Part shown: piece by piece, positions 37,575-46,719 of the stretch
Numbering within the stretch: the first letter of the stretch is position 1
Layout: every line of letters starts with the position of its first letter
Source of the DNA: Candidatus Micrarchaeota archaeon
GTDB taxonomy: Archaea; Micrarchaeota; Micrarchaeia; Anstonellales; Anstonellaceae
Direction: 5' to 3'
Assembly: GCA_026414185.1 (NCBI GenBank)
Contig: JAOAJL010000001.1
Span: 545 to 64,544 of the forward strand
DNA: 64,000 nucleotides
Translations under genes and position numbers: made by a program
The notes under the pieces: generated by a model
What the model was told of the DNA's origin: nothing
Databases searched by the model: none
The model's input: only the letters and a program-made list of their open reading frames with translations

Positions 37575-37684
37575 GGAAACGCGCCTTGCCCGCAGGGTGC
37601 GGGTTTTTGATGGATAAGATAAGCCTTATTAAACTATACTCCGAATAACGAGCATCGGCAACTGATATTTACCGAGGTGAGAGA

Positions 37685-38050
37685 ATGGGCATCCTTGACA
37701 AAATCGCCCGCGGACTTGGGATAAAGAGCGAAACGAACATTGAGGACTTCATGACCACGGTGGAGATGGAGAACGTTGATGTGCTTCATGAGGCTGCGGA
37801 CTTCTATGTGAAGCCCATTCCCCTTGAGAGCGAAAACGACGTTCCCCTCATTGTGGAGGAGCTGAAAAACAGGAATATCGTCCTTCTTAACGTCCAGCCG
37901 ATGAGCAAGATGCCAAACAAGCTCAAGCAGGTAATTGACAACCTCAAGACGCACATCACGAAGATAAACGGCGACATTGCCAGGCTTGACGAGTTCAAGA
38001 TACTCCTCACGCCAAGCAAGGTCAAGATTGTCAAAAGCCGCAAGAAATAG
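37685..38050 (+). CDS. sepF: Cell division protein SepF
   Basis: EELKNRNIVLLNV...INGDIARL...ILLTPSKVKI. Confidence 0.88.
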   Translation: MGILDKIARGLGIKSETNIEDFMTTVEMENVDVLHEAADFYVKPIPLESENDVPLIVEELKNRNIVLLNVQPMSKMPNKLKQVIDNLKTHITKINGDIARLDEFKILLTPSKVKIVKSRKK

Positions 38051-38112
38051 GGCTGCTTGAAGGAATCCGGCAGGCGCTGCTTTCAGCAGCTATTATGGCT
38101 TTTGGCGGCGAT

Positions 38113-38703
38113 TCAGCGGTATTTTGCAAGCTCTGACTCCACCACTGACCTGAATGCTAAAGCCGGCTGAGCTCCTCGGATGACACTGCTTCCTATCTTG
38201 AAGGAGGGGGTTGCGGATATGCCTGCCTGCCGCGCCTCTCGCATATCAGACTGGATGAGGGCATCGGGGCGAAAGGAGGAAAGGCAGGCGGAAAACTCCC
38301 TCTCGTCAAGCCCTATCTGCGCCGCATAGCGCCTTATGTCCTGCTCTTCAAGAAGGCGCTGGTTCGCAAAAAGCAAATCGTGCATCTCCCAGAATTTTTT
38401 CTGCTCCTCCGCGCAGGCGGCTGCGCGCGCCGCAAGATAGGCTTTTGGATGGACTTCAAGGGGGAAATGGCGGAACTGGAGCTGGACTTCCGCTGGGTAG
38501 GCGCGGAGGATTTCCTCTACTGCCGCCTGCGCCCTTGCGCAGTAGGGGCACTCAAAATCAGAATACTCCACTATGACGACTTTTGGGGTGGCGGAGCCGC
38601 GATACGCCCTGCCCTGCGGGGTCGTCCCCTGGCTTATCGGCTGGCTTGCGCAGCCAAAAAGCAAAAGAAACAGCAGCAGAAAAGCGGCAAGTTTTGCCCC
38701 CAT
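38113..38703 (-). CDS. DsbA-family thiol-disulfide oxidoreductase lipoprotein
   Basis: LFGC lipobox-like motif, SDFECPYC, RHFPL, ATPSF, GAQP. Confidence 0.92.
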   Translation of the reverse strand: MGAKLAAFLLLFLLLFGCASQPISQGTTPQGRAYRGSATPKVVIVEYSDFECPYCARAQAAVEEILRAYPAEVQLQFRHFPLEVHPKAYLAARAAACAEEQKKFWEMHDLLFANQRLLEEQDIRRYAAQIGLDEREFSACLSSFRPDALIQSDMREARQAGISATPSFKIGSSVIRGAQPALAFRSVVESELAKYR

Positions 38704-38799
38704 CAAAGCCACCCCGTGCGCTTGGCGCGTCCTGTCGCGCTTCCAATTGCCAGTTGCTCATTTTATAAAGACTACCTTACAAACCGTGTAGGTGTGGGC

Positions 38800-39741
38800 A
38801 TGCCGAGGTGCCAGAGGAAAAAAAGCAGGGCTGGCTTTGGCAAGGACCTCATTTCAATACGCGATTTGTCAAAAGGCGAAGTTGAGCTTTTTCTTTCAGA
38901 AGCGGCGCGGATGGAAAAGCTACTTGGCATGCCTGGCTGCGAGCTTCTGAAGGGGAAGGTTGTCGCAAACATGTTTTATGAGCCTTCCACGAGGACAAAC
39001 ATGTCCTTTCAGGCTGCGACAAAGAGGCTTGGCGCCAAGATAATGACTTTCTACCCCACTACAAGCTCAGCCGCGAAGGGCGAAACCCTTGCCGACACCA
39101 TAAGGATGATTGACGGCTACGCGGATGCGATTGTTCTTCGCCACCCACTTGAAGGCGCCGCGAGATTTGCCGCTGACTTGTCGGAGCACCCTGTCATAAA
39201 CGCCGGAGACGGCGGAAACCAGCATCCGACCCAGACGCTCATAGACCTGTATTCCATAAAGAAGCTCAAGGGGAAAATCGCTGGCTTGAACGTTTCGCTT
39301 CTTGGCGACCTGAAGCATGCGAGGGCTATGCGCTCCCTGCTTTACGGGCTTGGGATGTTCGGCGCAAAAGTCACCCTGATTTCACCGCCTGCCCTTCGCA
39401 TGGACGAGGACATAATAGAAGAGACAAAAAGAAAATTCGGCGCGGATGTTTCCCAGACGGCAAGCATAGACCTTTCCGGCTGCGACGTCCTTTATGTGTG
39501 CAGGATACAGAAGGAGCGCTTTTCAGACCCGTATGAAGCCGAGAAGATGCAAAAGGAATTCAGGGTGGATTTGGAGCTTTTGTCTTCCGCGCCGAAGGAT
39601 TTGGCAATATTGCATCCGCTTCCGAAGGTTGATGAGATACCGCCTGAGGTTGATGCTGACCCGAGGGCGAAGTATTTTGAGCAGGCTAAAAACGGGGTCC
39701 CGGTCCGGATGGCAGTCCTTAAGTTGTGCTTGGGGGTGTGA
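38800..39741 (+). CDS. pyrB: Aspartate carbamoyltransferase catalytic subunit
   Basis: FYEPSTRT, KGETLADT, NAGDG.NQHPTQ, RIQKER, HPLP. Confidence 0.97.
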   Translation: MPRCQRKKSRAGFGKDLISIRDLSKGEVELFLSEAARMEKLLGMPGCELLKGKVVANMFYEPSTRTNMSFQAATKRLGAKIMTFYPTTSSAAKGETLADTIRMIDGYADAIVLRHPLEGAARFAADLSEHPVINAGDGGNQHPTQTLIDLYSIKKLKGKIAGLNVSLLGDLKHARAMRSLLYGLGMFGAKVTLISPPALRMDEDIIEETKRKFGADVSQTASIDLSGCDVLYVCRIQKERFSDPYEAEKMQKEFRVDLELLSSAPKDLAILHPLPKVDEIPPEVDADPRAKYFEQAKNGVPVRMAVLKLCLGV

Positions 39742-39743
39742 AG

Positions 39744-39812
39744 ATGGCAAGCGGCGAGCCTGAAAAAAGGATAAGAAAGTGGGAGGGCGCTGTCTTTGAA
39801 GGCAGGGTGTGA
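39744..39812 (+). CDS. Putative 22-aa small ORF (MASGEPEKRIRKWEGAVFEGRV)
   Basis: Fills the pyrB-pyrI gap; GGGGGTG SD; TGATG overlap with the pyrI start. Confidence 0.4.
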   Translation: MASGEPEKRIRKWEGAVFEGRV

Positions 39813-40252
39813 TGATGCCTCTTAACGTGCAGAAGATAAGCGATGGGAGCGTGGTGGACCACATTGCTGCCGGAGCAGGAAGCAAGGTCCTTGCCATCCT
39901 TTCTTCCTCGCACCCGATTGAAGGGATGGCTGCGCTGATAATAAATGCCCCATCCAAGAAGCTGGGCAGAAAGGACATTGTGAAGATAGAGAACGTCTTC
40001 ATAGACGAGACGACTGCCAACAAGATAGCCCTTATTGCCCCTAAGGCGACTGTGAACATAATAAGGGGCGGGGAAGTCGTGGACAAGCACCATGTGGAGA
40101 TGCCCAAAACCCTTTCAGGCTTGCTTTCCTGCCCGAACCCAAAGTGCATCACCAACTCAGAGAAGGCGAAGACTTCCTTTTCGCTTGAGGAAAGCGGCTC
40201 GATGAGATGCAGGCATTGCGAGAGGCTGTTCAAGCCAGAGGAGCTTGTTTAG
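39812..40252 (+). CDS. pyrI: Aspartate carbamoyltransferase regulatory subunit
   Basis: VVDHI.AG, KDIVKIE, CPNPKCITN, CRHCE. Confidence 0.96.
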   Translation: MMPLNVQKISDGSVVDHIAAGAGSKVLAILSSSHPIEGMAALIINAPSKKLGRKDIVKIENVFIDETTANKIALIAPKATVNIIRGGEVVDKHHVEMPKTLSGLLSCPNPKCITNSEKAKTSFSLEESGSMRCRHCERLFKPEELV

Positions 40253-40260
40253 ATGGTTTT

Positions 40261-40596
40261 ATGAGAAGACTTTTTCTGAAGACAAAGTCGTGCATGATAC
40301 TCATGCTTCTGAAGGATTCCGCAAAGCAGTGGTATCCATCCAACCTGGCAAGAGAGGCAGGGGCTTCTTATGTGCATACGGTCAATCTCCTTGCCCGCCT
40401 GAGGCAAAACGGGATTGTGGATGTGGAAAGGAAGGGCAGGCAGAACATATACCGCCTCAGCGAAAAGGGCGCCTACCTTGCCTCCGCCCTTGATGACTTT
40501 GCGAAGAAATGCGACGCCTACGAGCAGGAAGCGAAGGCAAAGGCGCAGCAGGAGGCGGCAGCAGGCAGCCCCCAGGAGAGTGCGCAACCGCGTTAA
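40261..40596 (+). CDS. Winged-helix transcriptional regulator
   Basis: YPSNLAREAGASYVH...KGRQNIYRLSEKG. Confidence 0.82.
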   Translation: MRRLFLKTKSCMILMLLKDSAKQWYPSNLAREAGASYVHTVNLLARLRQNGIVDVERKGRQNIYRLSEKGAYLASALDDFAKKCDAYEQEAKAKAQQEAAAGSPQESAQPR

Positions 40597-40637
40597 GTCT
40601 TTATATCTTCCAGCAGAACAGGAATCGGGTGGTTGAA

Positions 40638-41159
40638 ATGGCTCCGCAGAAAATTGGGGAGGAGAGGCGGGAGTCTGATTCGCGCTCCATGCTTTCCTTT
40701 GTTCCTGCGGGCTATCCGCGAAGCATAGCCGAGTATTTTGTTGCTCACATACCAGGGGCAGTGCTGCTTTTTGCGTTTTTCGTTGCGGCTGAGGCAGGGG
40801 TGGCGTTTTTTGCCCGCCAGGGCGGAAGCGAGTGGGTCGGCTTTGTCTTCCTGCCCGTTGCGTGCATAGTCCCGCTTATCTCCGGCGTGGTTTCATTGCT
40901 TGTCCTTGAGAAAATCAGGGAGAAGCCGATTGACATCAAGAGAGGGGCGCTTGTCGGGGCGCTTGGGTGCGCAAGCGGCGCGACTCTTTCCGCGATTATG
41001 CTTCTTGCGGCAAAGTTCATGCTGCCTGGTTCGCCTTTTGGGTTTGGCGCGCTTGGCGGGATAGTTTTCTTCATTGTTCTGCCGGTGATGATTTTGCTGG
41101 AAATTGTCCTTGGCGCCCTCGGCGGCGCGCTTGCCGCAAAGTTCATAACAAACAGCTGA
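40638..41159 (+). CDS. Hypothetical multi-pass membrane protein
   Basis: About four Gly/Ala-rich TM helices. Confidence 0.7.
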   Translation: MAPQKIGEERRESDSRSMLSFVPAGYPRSIAEYFVAHIPGAVLLFAFFVAAEAGVAFFARQGGSEWVGFVFLPVACIVPLISGVVSLLVLEKIREKPIDIKRGALVGALGCASGATLSAIMLLAAKFMLPGSPFGFGALGGIVFFIVLPVMILLEIVLGALGGALAAKFITNS

Positions 41160-41169
41160 GCTTCTGATT

Positions 41170-42156
41170 ATGACTGTTGGCATTGCTGGCGCGGAGCCGG
41201 ACTTCAGCCTTGCGATAGTTGCCGCCACCATCTCAATCCTGATTGGCGGCATCCTGTTCGGGGCTGGGCTTGGTTTTGGGATTCGCAGGCTGAGGCTTTT
41301 GGGCGCCGAAGAGGTGGGGCAGGGGATAATCTCCGCGGCGATGGTTGGCGCCTTTGCCGCCTTTGTCCTGCTTTTGGATTCCGCGGTGGCGTCGCTTGTG
41401 CCGCAGTCCGGGCTTCCCATCTGCCCTTCTGTGGAAAAGCCGGCAGGCTCGCCTTACGGATTTTACGCGTGCCATCTTCATGCCCGCTCTTTTTCTCTTT
41501 CTGAGCTCTCCTCCGCGCTTTCGCGCTCCGCCGACATTGCAGGAATGGCAAGCTCCCTCCGCGTTGATGCCGGGGTGATTTCCGCCCAGCCGTTTTTTGC
41601 GCTTCAGGCTGCATCGCAGAAGCTTTCGGAGCTTTCGTTTCTTGCCGGCTTGCTTTCTGCCCTGGCATTCTTGGAGCTTGAGGCGGGCTTGATGATGCGC
41701 CTTGCCGCCATGAGCATCTTTCTTCCGGCAGGGCTCATACTGCGCTCTTTCTTTGCGACAAGAAAGCTTGGCGCGGCTGCCATGGCGATTGCGATATCCG
41801 CCTACGCCGTTTACCCCCTGCTTTTCCTTTGGGGATTCGGCGCAAGCAAGACTCTGGCGGAAACTGCGCAGGCGAGCTTGGTTTCGGAAGAATTCAATTC
41901 CGATTTTGCCGCAATCCCGCTTTTGGAGCTTGACGACACCGGGGCAGTCAGGAGCCAGATTTCCCAGATGGCTGAGGGCGACTTTGGAGGGAAAGTGCAG
42001 CTGCTGTTCGCCCCTGCGCTACGGGCAGCTTGGCTTGCGTGCTTGGACTTGGCGGTTTTCCCCGCTGTTTCTGCTGCAATTTCGCTTGTTGCGGCAATTG
42101 AGCTTTACCGCCTTTTTTCAGCGCCCATCTTCTTTTCTTATTTTGGCGCCATCTAG
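41170..42156 (+). CDS. CedA/VirB6-like polytopic membrane protein
   Basis: N-terminal TM hairpin; central FLPAGLILRSFFATRKLGAAAMAIAISAYAVYPL motif; C-terminal TM. Confidence 0.55.
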   Translation: MTVGIAGAEPDFSLAIVAATISILIGGILFGAGLGFGIRRLRLLGAEEVGQGIISAAMVGAFAAFVLLLDSAVASLVPQSGLPICPSVEKPAGSPYGFYACHLHARSFSLSELSSALSRSADIAGMASSLRVDAGVISAQPFFALQAASQKLSELSFLAGLLSALAFLELEAGLMMRLAAMSIFLPAGLILRSFFATRKLGAAAMAIAISAYAVYPLLFLWGFGASKTLAETAQASLVSEEFNSDFAAIPLLELDDTGAVRSQISQMAEGDFGGKVQLLFAPALRAAWLACLDLAVFPAVSAAISLVAAIELYRLFSAPIFFSYFGAI

Positions 42157-42207
42157 CGCCGACAATCATTTAAACTGTTCGCAACAGTTTGGCTTGGGGG
42201 GGATTCC

Positions 42208-42729
42208 ATGGGCAAACAGGCATTTTTGGTAGTAAAGCACATCGCATCCTGCGGCGGAACGCTGTCCACGAAACCCTACTTGTTTTACTTGTCGTCCGAA
42301 AAACCGCCTCTTGGCAGGGTTGGGGGGACGTGCGCCACGTTCATAGTCGCCTCAAAGAAAGTTCCGCGCGCGTATGGGGCTTTCTGGAACAAGCTTCTTG
42401 AGGGCAAGAAGGAGGCGGAGCTGGGGAGCATCGTGTGGGACATAGCCGGCAACAGGGCAATTTCCATCTGGTATTTCCCAAAGAAAAACGCGGAGATGGT
42501 CGGGGGCTTTGGCTACTACCTTGACATACTGTCATGCAACCACCTTGCCAAGGAATACAAGGTGTCCTATGTTCAAACCACGCGCTTTCCGACAAAGGAG
42601 CGCATAGCCCAGCTTGAAAGAGTGGGCATCCCGATACGCGAGCCTGTTGAGATGAGAAAATACTTGGAAGGGCTTGCGAAGGCAGTCCGGTTCAAGATGC
42701 AGGCAGCAGGAAAGCAGCAGGATGGCTAA
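42208..42729 (+). CDS. Hypothetical protein (possible divergent GNAT fold)
   Basis: SD-led ORF; GFGYYL helix and LERVG resemble GNAT motifs A/B. Confidence 0.55.
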   Translation: MGKQAFLVVKHIASCGGTLSTKPYLFYLSSEKPPLGRVGGTCATFIVASKKVPRAYGAFWNKLLEGKKEAELGSIVWDIAGNRAISIWYFPKKNAEMVGGFGYYLDILSCNHLAKEYKVSYVQTTRFPTKERIAQLERVGIPIREPVEMRKYLEGLAKAVRFKMQAAGKQQDG

Positions 42730-43202
42730 TGCATCTTCTCAAGCTGGGAAATGGCGCGGCTTATCCTTTCAAATGCCGATTTTATTTTTTGGCTGTAGAC
42801 AAAGGCGAGGGCTGAGGCAAGCTCGTCATTCTCCTGCGCAGGCGACAGGACGAAGCGGTATTTCCTCTTTTTTGACTCTATAAGCCCCATCTTTTTGAGC
42901 TGAAGCAGATGATAGCGGACTGCCTTTGGGTTTGGCTCCGCTTTTTTTATCTCCCTTATTTTCGCCAAAAGCTGGTGGATGTCCGGGTCGGACTTTGTTT
43001 CTCTCCTTTTGAAGTGGAAATACAGCAGGGCTTCAAAGACATCCAGGATGCCTGTGCGCGACTCGCGGGGCGAAATCAACCCCAAAGACAGCGCAAGCCA
43101 GCGAATCAGGGATTTTTTTGTGAGCTTGACTTCATCTGAAAACTGGAGCTCCCTTACCAGGCATTCGCCCCGTATAAGCTCAGCCTCCGGCATCTGCGGC
43201 AT
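42726..43202 (-). CDS. Winged-helix domain protein
   Basis: RWLALSLGL N-terminal motif; KAVRYHLLQLKKMGLIE. Confidence 0.75.
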   Translation of the reverse strand: MPQMPEAELIRGECLVRELQFSDEVKLTKKSLIRWLALSLGLISPRESRTGILDVFEALLYFHFKRRETKSDPDIHQLLAKIREIKKAEPNPKAVRYHLLQLKKMGLIESKKRKYRFVLSPAQENDELASALAFVYSQKIKSAFERISRAISQLEKMH

Positions 43203-43260
43203 AGCTACCAGCAGACTGTTGGATGCTAAAAATAAAAAGCAAGCGTTGCCTATCTGTCTT

Positions 43261-43626
43261 ATGCTTGAGCCTTCAACCCGCTTTTACCCGCTCAGGATGG
43301 TGGCTTACGTCAGGAACGAGGTTGAGATGGAAGTTAGCGTTAGGAACGGGGGGAAGGAAGAGCGCTGGGTGGAGTGCGACGTTTCCGTGCCCGAGGCGGT
43401 TTCGCTTGCCCCGGACCGGCTCCTTTCAAAAGGCAGGATGAGAGTGGGGATTGTCCTGCCAGGTGAGAAAATATCCAAAAAAATCAAGATTTACGGCGGG
43501 GCATCGTCCTATCCGGACACCTACGTAATAAGGCTCACGTTTTACGGTTATGGGAAGGACGGGACAATTGAGGAGCGCTATGAGGTAAAGTCGGACTTGC
43601 GCTGCGAGAAGCTCGGGCAGGGCTAG
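43261..43626 (+). CDS. Hypothetical beta-sandwich protein
   Basis: Compact beta-rich ORF without a signal peptide. Confidence 0.65.
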   Translation: MLEPSTRFYPLRMVAYVRNEVEMEVSVRNGGKEERWVECDVSVPEAVSLAPDRLLSKGRMRVGIVLPGEKISKKIKIYGGASSYPDTYVIRLTFYGYGKDGTIEERYEVKSDLRCEKLGQG

Positions 43627-44240
43627 CCTGCTTTTTTCATGCCCATCTTGGCAGTTATCAGCGGCTCAACGTGCGCCGCGACGGAAGCAGCCACCGCGTC
43701 TTTTTCTCCTGATGCGTCAATGACCGCAAAGGCGCATGAGAGAAAGCCTTCCTTTGCCATGCGGAGGTAGTTCTTGCGCACCCGCAAAAGAAAGGCGCCA
43801 TCCTTTTCGTGCCTGTCCGGCTTTTTCTGCCTTCTCTTCCTCAGAAGAGACCTCTTTGGGTGGATGTCAAGCAGAAGCACAAGGTCCGGCTTTATCGCGC
43901 CAAAGGATGAGAGCTTGCGTTTCAGCTTTAGGTAGCCTTCTCCGACCGCCTGGTAGGCGAGGGTGGAGTGCAGGTAGCGGTCGCAGATGACTGCCCTGCC
44001 GCAGGAAAGCTGCTTTCTTATTTCCTCCTGCTGCGCCATTATGTCCTGGGCGAAGATGGCTGCAAGCCTGTCCGCCGCTATCTGCCTTTTTTCAGCAAGG
44101 TGCGCGAGGGCTTCTTTTGCCCTTTTTGTCGGGTATTTGTAGATGGAATACCGCACCCCGCGCTGGCGCAGAAGGGCGCAAAGCAGCCTTACCTGCGTCG
44201 CCTTTCCCGCTCCGTCAATGCCCTCAAAGACCAAAAGCAT
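43623..44240 (-). CDS. tmk: dTMP kinase
   Basis: FEGIDGAGKATQ, ICDRY..STLAYQ, KPDLVLLLD. Confidence 0.95.
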   Translation of the reverse strand: MLLVFEGIDGAGKATQVRLLCALLRQRGVRYSIYKYPTKRAKEALAHLAEKRQIAADRLAAIFAQDIMAQQEEIRKQLSCGRAVICDRYLHSTLAYQAVGEGYLKLKRKLSSFGAIKPDLVLLLDIHPKRSLLRKRRQKKPDRHEKDGAFLLRVRKNYLRMAKEGFLSCAFAVIDASGEKDAVAASVAAHVEPLITAKMGMKKAG

Positions 44241-44290
44241 GCAAAGAAAACGGCTTATGCGAATTTAAACGGTTGCCCCGAAATTCAAGC

Positions 44291-45253
44291 ATGGCAGGTG
44301 TGCTTGTCAGCGGAGCGACAGGGAGGCTTGGTAAAGCGCTTGTTGCAAGGCTCTTGGAGAGGGGCTGGGATGTAAGGGCAGTAGTGCGCCCTGGCAGAGA
44401 GGGCAGCCTGCCTCCAATGGTGCAGAAGGTGGAGCACGACCTTTCAGTCGCGCCTTTGCCTGCCTCTGCGTTTGAGGGGATGGCCAATGCCGCCCACCTT
44501 GCCGGCTTGGTCGGCGACCACCCCTATGAGAAGCTTTATCTGCATAATGCGGTTGGAACTAAGAACTTTCTTTCAGCCTGCCCAAGCAACATAAGGACGG
44601 TTGTCGCAAGCTCAATTGCAGTCTATGGCAGGCACGAGGGGCAGGTGGTTGACGAATCGTTTGAGCCAAAGCCGGACACGCCCTATGGAAAAAGCAAGCT
44701 GATGGCAGAGAGGTTTGCCTGCCAGTGTTCCGACAGAAGCCCGGTTGTGCTCCTCAGGTTCGGCATGATATACGGGCCTGGCTTTTATGAAGGCTATTTC
44801 CCGGTTCTTTCTGCGCTTGAGAAGGGAAGGATGAAAATCCTCGGAAGCGGCAAGAACCGCATTCCGCTTGTCTATGTAGATGACGCCGTTGAGGCTATAC
44901 TTCTTTCCTTTTCTGCGCGCGTGGCTTCCGGGGAGAAATACAATATTGTCGGTCCTGACACGCTGACTCAGGAGGAGCTTCTTGCGATTGCCGCGCAAGA
45001 GCTCGGGGTTGGGGCGCCCTCGGACCGCATAAGCCCTGCCATTGCATCGCTTGCCGCAACTTGCGCAGGCTGGCTTTCAGCCGCAGGCATTTGCAAAAAG
45101 CCCCAGTTGAATGCCGAGCACATAAGGCAGATGGCTACTGACAGGGCTTACTCGTGCGAAAAGGCGAGGCGGGAGCTTGGGTTTGTGCCTGCTGTCGGCG
45201 CGAGGGAGGGCATAGCCCGCATGGTTAGGTTTTATAAGCAGAGGAAAGATTAA
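44291..45253 (+). CDS. NAD-dependent epimerase/dehydratase (extended SDR)
   Basis: SGATGRLG, HLAG, SSIAVYG, YGKSK, IYGPG. Confidence 0.92.
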   Translation: MAGVLVSGATGRLGKALVARLLERGWDVRAVVRPGREGSLPPMVQKVEHDLSVAPLPASAFEGMANAAHLAGLVGDHPYEKLYLHNAVGTKNFLSACPSNIRTVVASSIAVYGRHEGQVVDESFEPKPDTPYGKSKLMAERFACQCSDRSPVVLLRFGMIYGPGFYEGYFPVLSALEKGRMKILGSGKNRIPLVYVDDAVEAILLSFSARVASGEKYNIVGPDTLTQEELLAIAAQELGVGAPSDRISPAIASLAATCAGWLSAAGICKKPQLNAEHIRQMATDRAYSCEKARRELGFVPAVGAREGIARMVRFYKQRKD

Positions 45254-45268
45254 CAAAGCGGTGTTTGG

Positions 45269-46045
45269 ATGATTCGCGTGGGCAAGATTGAGAAGTATAT
45301 CAACGATGAGATTGGGAGAAAAGGGGGGCTGCTGTTTGCGCTTATTGACCCCCTTGACTACAAGTCGGAGGATGACGCGGTGTCTGCCGGCGCGCAGGCG
45401 GCAGATGGGGGCGCCGACGTCATTCTTGTTGGAGGAAGCATGGGGGTGCAGGGAGAGCTTTTAGACAGCGTAGTGAGGGGGATAAAAGAGAGGATAAGCA
45501 TCCCTCTTGTCCTTTTTCCAGGCAACATCTCAACTGTGACGAAATATGCCGATGCGGTCTACTTCATGTCCCTTCTCAACAGCCGCAATCCGTATTGGAT
45601 ATCCGGCGCACAGATGCTTGCTGCGCACACTGTGAGGAATCTCGGCATAGAGGCGCTTCCCGTCGGCTACATCGTGATTGCTCCCGGCGGGACTGTGGGC
45701 TGGGTGGGCGATGCCAAGCTTGTGCCCCGCGACAAGCCGCAGATAGCCGCAGGGCTCGCGTTGGCTGCGCAGATGTGCGGCTTTCGCTTCGTTCTTACCG
45801 ACTGCGGCTCCAATCCAAAGGAGGGGCACATGCCCCTTGAGATGGTTTCGGCTGTTGCTAAGTCAATCTCAATCCCCTACATCGTTGCGGGGGGCATCAG
45901 GACGCCTGATGAGGCGAAGTCTGTCGTGGCGGCAGGCGCCTGCGCCATCCAAGTCGGCACCGCCTTGCAGTCTGGCGGCAACTTAAAGCAGCGCGTTTCT
46001 CAGATGGTCAGGGCGGTGCGCGAGGGGGCAAAAAGAAGGGGATGA
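45269..46045 (+). CDS. Geranylgeranylglyceryl phosphate synthase (group II)
   Basis: LIDP, VGGS, LFPG, FMSLLNSRNPYWI, GGIR. Confidence 0.93.
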   Translation: MIRVGKIEKYINDEIGRKGGLLFALIDPLDYKSEDDAVSAGAQAADGGADVILVGGSMGVQGELLDSVVRGIKERISIPLVLFPGNISTVTKYADAVYFMSLLNSRNPYWISGAQMLAAHTVRNLGIEALPVGYIVIAPGGTVGWVGDAKLVPRDKPQIAAGLALAAQMCGFRFVLTDCGSNPKEGHMPLEMVSAVAKSISIPYIVAGGIRTPDEAKSVVAAGACAIQVGTALQSGGNLKQRVSQMVRAVREGAKRRG

Positions 46046-46100
46046 GGCGCTGGGGGAAAGCCCCGATTGCGCATGCCCGAACTTTGCCGAGGCGAGCGGA

Positions 46101-46715
46101 GTGGAATGCGAATTTGGCGGAATTTCCCTTTATGTTGCGCCCGGCGTCTACGAGCCGGCAGAGGACTCCTTCATGCTTGCATCCTACGCCTGCCGCATAA
46201 GGGGGGGCAGAAAAATTCTTGACGTGGGTTGCGGCTGCGGGATTGCCTCCATAGCTGCGGCAAAGGCAGATGGGGCAAACGTGGTTTTTGGGGCGGACAT
46301 CAACCCTTCTGCTGTGGAGTGCGCAAGGCGCAACGCAGCCTCAAACAAGGCAGCCAACGCCTCTTTTTTCATATCCGACCTTTTTTGCGCGATTGCGCCA
46401 GGGGAGAAGTTTGATTTCATACTTTTCAACCCCCCATATCTTCCCACAGGGCAAGATGAGAAGCTTGCGCGATTTGAGGAGAATGCCGCCTACGACGGCG
46501 GGGAAAGCGGGCTTGAAGTGTTTTTCCGATTCTCCGCCTCGGTCGCAGACCGCCTTGCCAAAGGAGGGCGCGTCGCAGTGGTAGCCACCTCTCTTGGCGG
46601 CGGGATTGAGAGGGTTGCCTGCGAGCTTGAAGGCAGGGTGGGCAGGGCGAGGATTCTTTCACAGGAACGCTTCTTTTTTGAGACAATCGCGCTTGTTGAA
46701 GCGTCAATGCGGTGA
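46101..46715 (+). CDS. HemK2/PrmC-family release-factor glutamine methyltransferase
   Basis: VYEPAEDSFML, DVGCGCG, FNPPYLP, DGGESG. Confidence 0.9.
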   Translation: MECEFGGISLYVAPGVYEPAEDSFMLASYACRIRGGRKILDVGCGCGIASIAAAKADGANVVFGADINPSAVECARRNAASNKAANASFFISDLFCAIAPGEKFDFILFNPPYLPTGQDEKLARFEENAAYDGGESGLEVFFRFSASVADRLAKGGRVAVVATSLGGGIERVACELEGRVGRARILSQERFFFETIALVEASMR

Positions 46716-46719
46716 GAGG

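Noticed and set aside
37575..37684. Replication origin next to cdc6
   Set aside because: Spacer is short and has no repeated ORB elements or extended unwinding element; only a partial TGGAAAC at the start codon.
38380..38799. N-terminal extensions in the ORF track for pyrB (likewise NFACT, SDR, trmJ, second GGR, srp54)
   Set aside because: Extensions overlap neighbouring genes or promoters; downstream ATGs match family N-termini.
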